The position numbers and the translations under genes are program-made. The notes under the pieces were generated by a model. It was not told the origin of the DNA. It worked only from the letters and a program-made list of their open reading frames with translations, and made no database searches. A DNA stretch of 64,000 bases, from NCBI RefSeq assembly GCF_006345805.1, contig NC_042998.1, positions 168,764,001 to 168,828,000 on the forward strand, written 5' to 3'. Position 1 is the first letter of the stretch, and each line of letters opens with the position of its first letter. Source of the stretch: Octopus sinensis. Taxonomy: Eukaryota. Shown piece by piece: positions 54,721 through 64,000 of the stretch.

Positions 54721-55830
54721 CAATATTTATATGTGTGAAATAATTCTTCCTGTCAAAGGCTTAGCACAGCCTCTAAAATTGAGTTTAGTAAACGTTCTTT
54801 GGATAAAGACTGAGCCACGAAGATGTGAGACTGAGAGTGGTAGTGGAAAGTAGGCCTCCCATAGGTTTCTTGTGTGACGAGGAAAGCCATATGAAGGTGA
54901 AGTGCCACAGAGAGAAGAGAAGGAACAACAGCTGGAACAGTCTGAGGAGCAGGAGAGGGTAGACGAAGTGGTACAGAATGATGAGAAGGAGACACCCATA
55001 ACAGAGGAAGAATTTACAGTAGTTAAAAAATGAAAGAGGAAAGAAAGAGTAAGCTACCCCTTGGAAGTAGTAGATAAGGATGAGGCTGGGGAGGAGGTCG
55101 TGAAGGAGTTTGAAAAAGAGATCGAGAAGGTTGAAAAGGTAGTTGAGAAGGAGGTTGAGAAGGAGCTCGAGAAAAGGGAGACAATAGCCAGAATACTAGC
55201 GATACCAGTGGAGGAGGAAGTTTTAGCGATGTAGAAAGACAACAGAATGAAGAAACAGCGACACTAACCAAAATGGGGGAGAATAAGGAGAGAGCGAGGT
55301 GCCAAGAGTAGAGCAAGGTAAACAAGCGAGAAGGCCGAGAAAGTACACATGGAATTTCGTTACATATGCTAAGAGCACAGCAACTGAAAGAATGATAACG
55401 AAGTTTACCATTGTTATAACGGTTAAGTTGCCTAAAGATACGCACGGAGAAAATATGAAAGCCATTATAATTGATAAAGACAGATACAACAGGTTGAAGG
55501 AAATGCGTAACGTTGATCGGCCGGGAATTGCGGTGGAGTTTGACAAACTGCCGACAGTAGTGGAATTAAGAGAACTGGAACCATTCATAAGACATTAAAA
55601 AAATAAAATTGCTTTAAAAAAAGAAAGAACAAAACGATGCTAATGGAGAAAAAGCAGGAAAAAGAGTTTTTAAATTATAAGTAAAAACGTTCAAATGGTC
55701 CTGCATGAGAGTGGGGCACATGCAGCCATTTCATTCTTCATTTTTATATAATATTTTTCTCATTTTTCATTCGTTTTATGTATTTTGTTCCCACTGAGGT
55801 GTTCTGGCTGTCCTTGTGCTGTCCCCTCTG

Positions 55831-57758
55831 TGTAAGAGCCTGAGTGCTTGATAAAAGAATACGATATAGTCAGAGATAGTCGTGCTTTACTGGTTTTACT
55901 AAGCATACTGTATACCGAAGTGGGCGTTATAACAATCCAACATTTTAAGGACATAACAGTGGCGACGAGGATAGACCAATTCACGTGGAGTCAATAGAAA
56001 CTCAAAGAGGAGTTAATAGACTCACAAAGTTTTGCTGTGCGAATTTTACGAAAAAAATCGTAAAATTATGGAATATTTGTTGGCCGGTTTGCTCGAGTTG
56101 CAAAAACAGCAACAACAGAAACTAAAAGAACAAGGCGGCGAGCTGGCAGAAACGTTAGCACGCCGGGCGAATTGCTGAACGGCATTTCGTCTGCCCTTAC
56201 GAAAACAGGGCAGCGAGCTGGTAAAATCCTTAGCACGCCGGGCGAAATGCTTAGCGGTGTTTCGTCTGCCGTTACGTTCTGAGTTCAAATTCCGCCGAGG
56301 TAGACTTTGCCTTTCATCCTTTCGGGGTCGATTGAATAAGTACCAGTTACGCACTGGGGTCGATATAATCGACTTAATCCGTTTGTCTGTCCTTGTTTGT
56401 CCCTTCTGTGTGTAGCCCCTTGTGGGTAGTAAAGAAATAGGTATTTCGTCTGCCGTTACGTTCTGAGTTCAAATTCCGCAATAAAGAAATAAGAAACTGA
56501 AAGAACAACAGTAGCAGCTGAAGCAACAATAACACCACTAACAACAACAGCAGCAGATACAACTGCAAGAGCAACAACAGAAGTAACAACAACAAATGAT
56601 ATTACAGCAACATAAGCTGCAATTACTGAAGTCAGGAAAGTCAGAAGAAGTGTTCTCAACAGACTATGTCGCGAACTCCACAACAGAGTTCAAATACAAA
56701 CCTGACGAAGAAGTTACCTTCGAAACATGCAACAGAAGATATGAACAAATCTCTGATAAAGATTGGGATGTCGAGATGAAAACGTGCTTAATCTGGAGAA
56801 AACTGGTGGCAACTGAACATGAACGATGCGGTAATTATGTACTCCCAAGAAAACCTTTAGACATAAGCTTTAATGACACAATAGATATATTGTGTAAAAT
56901 TTTCAATGAAAAAGCTCATTGTTCAACACACTTTGGATGTTTCTGAACATAGAGAAAAACACCCACGATTATTACATCACATATGCTGGTAGAGTTCTTA
57001 GGGAATGCGAGAAATTTAAGCTCGACAAATTAACGCCACATATGTTCAAATGCCTGACTTTCACATAGGAACTTTCTGCCGAAAAGAACGCAGAAGTTAG
57101 AACTAGAATTCTCGCAAAGCTCGAACAAAACCAGGATGTAACCCTACAGCAAGTGCCAGAAGAATGTGGAAAGATAGTCAAATTAAGATACGACACAGAG
57201 GAAATTGAACGTAAAGATTGTTTCCAAGTAAAGCAAGTACGAAATAGAATAGTCATGTGGAGGTATACACATGAGGAAAAATTATCCATTTCAAAAAGCG
57301 GAGTGTTTTCGTTGTAGAAATAGGACATACAAAGACACAATGTAGAACGAAGATGACAGAACGTCAGAACAAAAGAAAAAGAAATATATAGTATGTCATC
57401 GGAAGAAGTTGGCAATATGACGATGAGAAAATTCGTAAGGAGAGAATCAGAAATACAAGTGTTAAAATGCAACTGGACACTGTTAGTGATATTACCATTA
57501 TAAACGAAAAGACATGAAAATATGTCGGGAAGCCGAAAGTAATTAAATCGAAAAACGTAGCACATGGTTTTACGGGAAAAAGATTATATTTTTTCGGTGA
57601 ATTCATATGCAATATGACATTATAAGTAATGAGAGGTATGTGAAGTACAAGAGTATGTAGTAATTGGTCAGAGATTGTGGTGTCTTTACTGGTTTTACTA
57701 AGTGTACTGTATACCGAAGTGGGTTTTATAACAATCCAACATTTTAAGGATTATAACA
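55831..57758 (+). mobile_element. Internally deleted Ty3/gypsy (Mag/K02A2.6-like) LTR retrotransposon: LTR-PBS-gag-protease-LTR
   Basis: The LTR segments 55869-55958 and 57667-57758 are highly similar and end in ACA. PBS-like TGGCGACGAGG at 55960. Gln-rich gag start, then FKYKPDEEVTFE...YVLPRKPLDISFNDTIDILCKIFNEK. Protease-like VKMQLDTVSDITIINE at ~57465. Confidence 0.85.
56134..56479 (+). mobile_element. SINE family A composite (partial head + full unit + partial next unit) inserted in gag
   Basis: ggcggcgagctggcagaaacg at 56134; ends gtagtaaagaaataggtatttcgtctgccgttacgttctgagttcaaattccgc. Confidence 0.93.
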
Positions 57759-57784
57759 GTGTTTTCACTACGTTTCATATGAAC

Positions 57785-58380
57785 TAGTTTCATGGGCTTT
57801 AGAGGACATCATAGACTTCCTGGATCAAGAACTTGCTTTTCTGCGGGTTCCACGTCAAGATATCATGCCAGTTGACATACGACCTTGTCACCTGCGCTCA
57901 CTTCATCCAACGGAGTTTTGAGGGTTTGAAACATATTTGCTCTCACGTTACGAGCTTCTTTAGTTCTTGCGGGATACATGTGGCTCCCTGCACTCTAATT
58001 GTTCTTACCATAAGGTTGTACATCATGGTACTGATGAATAGTAGCTTTCCTTCTGTCTTGCTTAGAAACCCAGGACTTTTATTCAGGTGACTTCACCGGC
58101 ATATTCGTTGCCAGTGGAAGGAGGTACACCGAGTTGGCACATCCGAAAGTGAAGCAATTCTCATTAGTATCACCAGATATCAGTTGGTCGGAAAAAAAAC
58201 ACTCAAACTGAAACTTGCTATGATAATACATGACGAGGTTGCCTACCTTTTGGAGAACACAGTGTCTCTCGAGTTCAACTTCCCCCAGCTTGTCTAGTTT
58301 CGAACCGTAGATGTTAGGTCTTTCATTTTTCATGGCTTATTCCACCAATTTTGAGTTGAGTTTGAAGATTTCCAAAATGG
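57785..58380 (-). mobile_element. HERO/NeSL-like (RLE group) non-LTR retrotransposon fragment
   Basis: Minus frame VNWHDILTWNPQKSKFLIQEVYDVL*SP resembles the W..IW.W.P..I.FL...VYDVLPSP motif of this group. Upstream VQGAT resembles QG.W. Confidence 0.6.
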
Positions 58381-58619
58381 CTAAAATCATTACTTCCTCT
58401 TAATATCATCACAACTCTCGCTACCTCTCACACATACACATTCACTACACACATGCACATGTATATATACATATGTGTGTGTGTACAGATGCGGAACAAA
58501 TAGGGAGATAGATTGATAGCCAGAGAAGGCTAGATTGATAAACAGATGTGTGTACACATGCATATATACATTCATAAATGGATACATACATACACAATCT
58601 TTTTCTCCAGTCTTAATTC

Positions 58620-58811
58620 TCACTCTCTCTCTCTCCTTCCCTTCCCCTCACACACAGACTCTCTCTCTCGCTGTCTCTCTCTCTCTCTCTCTCTCTCTGC
58701 CTCTCTCTCTCTCTCTCTCTTGCTGTCTCTCTCTCTCTCTCGCTCTCTCTTGCTCGCTCTCTCTCTCTCACTGTCTCTTTCGCTCGCTCGCTCGCTCTCT
58801 CTCTCTCTCTT

Positions 58812-58842
<31 letters not shown>

Positions 58843-58870
58843 CTCCCTCTCTCTCTCTTTCCTCTCATTC
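58620..58870 (+). repeat. (CT)n/(CTCG)n polypyrimidine microsatellite
   Basis: Direct reading. Confidence 0.98.
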
Positions 58871-59666
58871 GTTCTTTCTATTTCTCTTTAATTTGCATCA
58901 CACTCCGTGCCTTCATTTCAACTTATGTTCTTTTCTCAATTATATTTTTCTCTTTACACTCTCTTACCCTGCCAACCTTTTTCCGTACAAGTTTTACCAT
59001 TCTGTTTTGTTTCCTTCATGCTACCGGCACTATTATATGAATCGACGTCTCTCGGTGCATGCTTTCATATATGCATATGATTGTTTGTAATACTTGAATA
59101 CTTTTGTACCCGTTTTTACAGGTCAAAATATAGTTGTGTGTTCACAAGAAGAAAATTGTTTTGGCCTTATACAGTGACTAATAAGATTGGATGAATAAAA
59201 CTACGTATGATCAAAGAAAAAGATTGAATTGAAAGATTTGGAAATTCATACGTTGTGGGGGAACATTTGAAAGAGATATGACCTGAAGTACTGGTTCTGA
59301 ACCGGGTTCCATGAAACACCTGACGAGTCATCTTTAATTTCATGGCGTCCACACAAGCAAAATAGTAAATTTGGGATCCACAGTAGTATCTTAAGGGTCC
59401 ACGAAAAAGATTTGATTTAGATATCTTGATTGCAAGGAACAGCTATGTTTCTTTCTCAACTACTTTGCATAGTTCAACCTACATAAAGCAATCTGTCAAA
59501 AACTAAATAAGAATTTTGAAAGAAGTGTCTATAAAACTAGTTTATAAACGTCAAATGGTTATAGAGGTCCACCAGAATAAAATAGTAAGCATAGATAAAA
59601 AAATGTAGTTGAGACCACTGGCTTAAATGTTTGTTGGTTTGAATTGCAATATGTACCTATATATAA

Positions 59667-59711
<45 letters not shown>

Positions 59712-59749
59712 ATATATATATACGGCTGCACTACATAAACTCTAAGGCA

Positions 59750-60070
59750 TAGGAAATAAAACTAGATGGAACATGCTCAAGGTATATGGGAGTAATACTT
59801 AATAACAAATGGCAGTACCACACAGCAACTTAGATTCAATGTGATAATCTTCCAAGAGTTTCCCCTACCATAATGGATAGAAGACTCAAATTCTGTGGAC
59901 ACTGCTTTTGTAGCAAGGATGAATTATTGATAAACCAACACACCGAAAGCCACCAAGGGAACGTCCTACCCGGACATTTATCGAGCAGCTGATTCTGGTC
60001 TACTGAAGAGAAGGAATTCTGGGGACAAGTGGTTGATGGAATTCACTCGCGGAGGATGCTGTAGAAAGGG
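59750..60070 (+). mobile_element. RTE/RTEX-like LINE 3' fragment
   Basis: KLDGTCSRYMGVILNNKWQYH...DRRLKFCGHCFCSKDELL...RPTRTFIEQL resembles the post-RT LDG.YTRMLR...RRLRFAGHC...GRP region. Confidence 0.7.
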
Positions 60071-60204
60071 AGATAGGTATGACTATATGTATATTGCAAC
60101 GTAGGTAAAGGGTCAATGTTATAAGGACATGGGTATATCCTGTTGTTGCAATTCAATATGTATATGTGTATACGTTTTGTGTATGTTTCTGTTTAATATA
60201 TTTC

Positions 60205-60410
60205 GTACGTGCATAGGACGGCGAACTCACAGAATTAATAACAAGCTGAGCAAAACACTTAGCGGCGTTTCGTCCGTTTCTACATTCTGAGTTCAAGTTT
60301 CGCCGAGGTTGAGTTTGCCTTCCACCCTTTCGGTGTCGATAAAATAAGTACCAGTTAATCACTGAGGTCGATGCCATCGACTTGCCCTCTCCCAAAATTT
60401 GAAACCAATA
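60205..60410 (+). mobile_element. SINE family A
   Basis: gacggcgaactcacagaat...ctgagttcaagtttcgccgagg...gtcgataaaataagtaccag. Confidence 0.85.
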
Positions 60411-60579
60411 AAATTTATGTGCATGAGTGCGTACATTTATGTGTGTGTATGTCTACGCTTAGTATTGCTTTTTAGCCACAGATCACCTTTAATCTTGTAG
60501 TTCTACTGTCTGTGCAGTCCTTTTTGTTTTGGGGCTGCTGACTACATTATCTGACGCGTCGTTTCTTTATTATAGGTGC

Positions 60580-60925
<346 letters not shown>

Positions 60926-61509
60926 TCAAGCACGTGTTAGGTATTACTCAGTTCACTTTCAACAGAAGGCTGCTAATAACTAATATTATGTATAATTTGA
61001 CTGTTAGCTTGAAAGTGGCTAACTTCGAACCTGAAACAGGTATATTGGCCGTACAGGTACAGCACTCATCCATTGGTTTCCATGAACTTAGAACGTGGAA
61101 CAATAGGAACGCCCAACATCACACAACAAAGAATATATCTAGACAGGAAATTATTAATGAGCAACACGTCTAGGCACTATAGAATTCCTCACCAAAAATA
61201 GACGATTAATAATGAGAGCAATAATCATAACACAGCACAATGCTAAAACAATTTACAGACAAACAAGCAAAGAAAATTCTGACTGATGTATTAATTTAAT
61301 GCACGAAATTCAAATTTCGGTGGTACACATCTACATTAATTGTATTGATCCCCCAACTGGAGAGAGACGGCAACAAACTCCATCATTGTTTAATCTTAGA
61401 GCTGACACTAAGGTCTAGCAAAGTTGTTGTGGAGAGATTTTAGAACTTTAGTGATCCAAACTAACTATAAGGAACCATGCGAAAATATAACTGCGTGATA
61501 AGAAGTATA

Positions 61510-61640
61510 CACGCAAGTGTGGTTGTATGATAAGTTTGCTTCCCAACCATATGATTCGAGGTTCAGTCCCACTGCGTGGCGCCTTGGTCTTCTACTACAG
61601 CTCTAGTTCAACCAATGCCTTGTAAGTAGATATGGTACAT
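61510..61640 (+). mobile_element. Old SINE family B head
   Basis: gtgtggttgtatgataagtttgcttcccaaccat...ggttcagtcccactgcgtggc. Confidence 0.75.
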
Positions 61641-61817
61641 CAGAAGTTCTCAAACATTTAAAAAAATTACTGCACACCTTTGATTTCTATTTTATTCTGG
61701 TGAGCCTACCCCATAGCCATTTGATAAACATGAAGATTAGATTTGGACAAAAGCGTATATTTATTCACTCCATGTTGTTTGGGAAGCAAACTTCTTATCA
61801 CATAGCTACGTCCGAGC

Positions 61818-61859
<42 letters not shown>

Positions 61860-61921
61860 GCAACAAGGATATCCAAGGTCGTGTAGTACAATTGTTTCAT
61901 GTTACTTCATTTTATTAAACA

Positions 61922-61975
<54 letters not shown>

Positions 61976-61989
61976 TTATATATATTCGA

Positions 61990-62092
61990 GGTTAATTAAA
62001 TAAGTACCAGTTACACACTCGGATCGATGTAATCGACTTAATCTCTTTGTTTGCCCTCTCTATGTTTAGCCCCTGTGGGGAATAATAGAAAC
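61990..62092 (+). mobile_element. SINE family A 3' part
   Basis: aaataagtaccagttacac...gatgtaatcgacttaatc...tttagcccctgtggg. Confidence 0.8.
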
Positions 62093-62174
62093 GAAATTCT
62101 TTGAAAATGTAACGGAAGTTAACGTTAATCCGTTAACTCGACACCTTCCTACTCATAACTTTCTGGAATTAGTG

Positions 62175-62268
62175 ATGAGAGGGGAATCTGTTGAATAAAA
62201 TCATAATTAACTGATACTCCTGTATTTTCTTTTACCTAAAGCCAGGAACATTTCAGCCCCCATTCCTA
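62175..62268 (+). mobile_element. Partial third copy of the mariner-type MITE (right end)
   Basis: gagaggggaatctgttgaataaaatcataattaactgatactcctgtattttcttttacctaaagccaggaacatttcagc matches 6070-6150. Confidence 0.8.
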
Positions 62269-62333
62269 TAAATATGTATATTTTCACACACGGGATAAAA
62301 TATATACGTAAAAATCAGCACACACACACACAC

Positions 62334-62369
<36 letters not shown>

Positions 62370-62734
62370 CTTCCTGTAATGGTTGGAAGGCAGTGATCGA
62401 AAAATAGAAGAGATCATTTTGCACTTACAGCCAAAATGTGTAATACTTTATGAAAACGCACTCGAGAAACGTATTTCCCATCATCAGGCATTAGAATAGG
62501 TTGGTCCAAAAATTACTGGATCATTTTGAAATATAATTTTTTACAATTAATTTTTTCAAATTTTAACTTCAGATTATTAACATATAATTCTTGGAAAATA
62601 ACCAAGACAGAGCAACAAGTAAAAATAATCGAATTTTATCGACAAAATCAACGGTCAATTATGCAAACCCAAGAGCTTCCATTTCTCATTTTGGGTACAG
62701 GCAACCGCCAATTAAGCGATGCTGAACTTATTCC

Positions 62735-62890
62735 TTTTCTTCACAAGGCCCGAAATTTGGGGGGAGTGGGAAATTAGATCAGATCGATCCCAGTACGCAA
62801 CTGGTGCTTAATTTATCGAACCCGAAAGGATGAAAGGCAAAGTCGACCTCGGTGTAATTTGAACGCAGAACGTAAAGACAGACGAAATAT
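62735..62890 (-). mobile_element. SINE family A
   Basis: cacaaggcccgaaattt...ctggtgcttaatttatcgaacccgaaaggatgaaaggcaaagtcgacctcgg. Confidence 0.9.
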
Positions 62891-63214
62891 ATATAATTCT
62901 TTTACAAGAATAGTGTTCACAGTGACTTCGAAGTCACTATCAACATTACTTTTGTAAAAGAATAATATATCTATGTGGTCTTAATTAATGTAAGATTATT
63001 TTTATTATAACTAGACGAAAAAAAAGACATTAACATACATACATACACACACACATACATACATACATACATACATACATACATACATACATACATACAT
63101 ACATACATACATACATACACACATACATAGCATGTCTAAATATGTAAGTATATGCTTGATAAGACACACATAAAACAAAACAAACAAATCTGCACGTATA
63201 CATGCGTACAAAAA

Positions 63215-63312
63215 TACTCTGTTGATGTTTAAATTCCAAGAAAGGAGCTTTGGATCTGGGTTAGAAACTGTCTCTATTGGCAAGAAATCTTGAAATGAAA
63301 CTGAATAATGAC
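63215..63312 (+). mobile_element. (TACA)n-embedded dispersed repeat, copy 3
   Basis: ctgttgatgtttaaattcc...ggagctttggatctgggttagaaac...ctattggcaagaaatcttgaaatgaaactgaata, between two (TACA)n tracts. Confidence 0.88.
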
Positions 63313-63387
63313 ATACACACATACATACATACATATACATACATACATACATACATACATACATACATACATACATACATACATACA

Positions 63388-63418
<31 letters not shown>

Positions 63419-64000
63419 GTGTACATCTACTTTATACATGCCGTATAAAGATGCTATGAAACTCGTACACTATAACTGTTTACAAAGACATTATCAGTCT
63501 ACTATATAATTTCCTAACTTGCCTCCAAGTAATATTCTAAAAAGATGCAATAAAAAATAAATATGAACCTATACTATTACAGGTGTGTAAAACAAATCAA
63601 ATCATCATTTTGAATCTCGCTGTTCACTCTGCAAATAACGATTTATTATCGGTTGGCAGATCACAGCACGGATCAGCGAACAGCTCGTTCGTCGAAATTA
63701 CAAACAAGGCAATCAGCTCTTCTTAGGTTCATTAGTCTTGGTACTTCCTGGCTCATGAGACATATGTTGCAACACCGGTGTCACAGAATCGCATACACTG
63801 ATGAATTGTGTGTTTTATGAAGACATAATCGTCGTAATGGAGAAGATTTCTTCTGTGACAAACGCTACAGCGATTAACGTATTTGTTTTGAAACCTGCCG
63901 GGACGTATCAAGAATAAATATGAAAGTCATTGTTTCGAATCACACAGTTAACTGTACAAAAAAACTGACTGGTAATAACTGAAATACATCTATAATATTG

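Noticed and set aside
56699-56732. HHR-like string CTGACGA-A-GAAG-ttac-CTTC-GAAAC-ATGC
   Set aside because: It lies in the gag reading frame (PDEEVTFET), lacks U16.1 and has no helix I, so it is best explained as coincidence.

Overview
AT-rich, repeat-dense animal genomic DNA. The SINE, microsatellite and LINE content resembles an octopus or other cephalopod; this is inferred from repeat sequences I recognise and is unverified. The only recognisable host gene segment is the first coding exon of a RASD-family small GTPase (Dexras1/Rhes-like) on the minus strand, 28053-27795. It ends at a phase-1 GT donor, and I could not find its second coding exon in the 27.8 kb of window downstream of it. 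The rest is microsatellites, three tRNA-type SINE families, decayed LINEs (CR1/L2-like, RTE, R4/Dong-like, HERO-like), a Penelope-like GIY-YIG relic, an internally deleted Ty3/gypsy element, a DD37D maT transposase relic, MITEs and a Helitron-like element. The most notable signal is a set of type-I hammerhead ribozyme (HHR) motifs. One has a fully intact core (49595-49673, +) and one is a single substitution from canonical (33787-33829, -). Each sits in a non-coding unit of about 355 or 435 bp with terminal direct repeats, a retrozyme-like or Penelope pseudo-LTR-like layout. Several more decayed HHR cores occur in other microsatellite-flanked repeat families. Almost all long ORFs in the supplied track are microsatellite artefacts. 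Repeat boundaries are approximate, read by eye.
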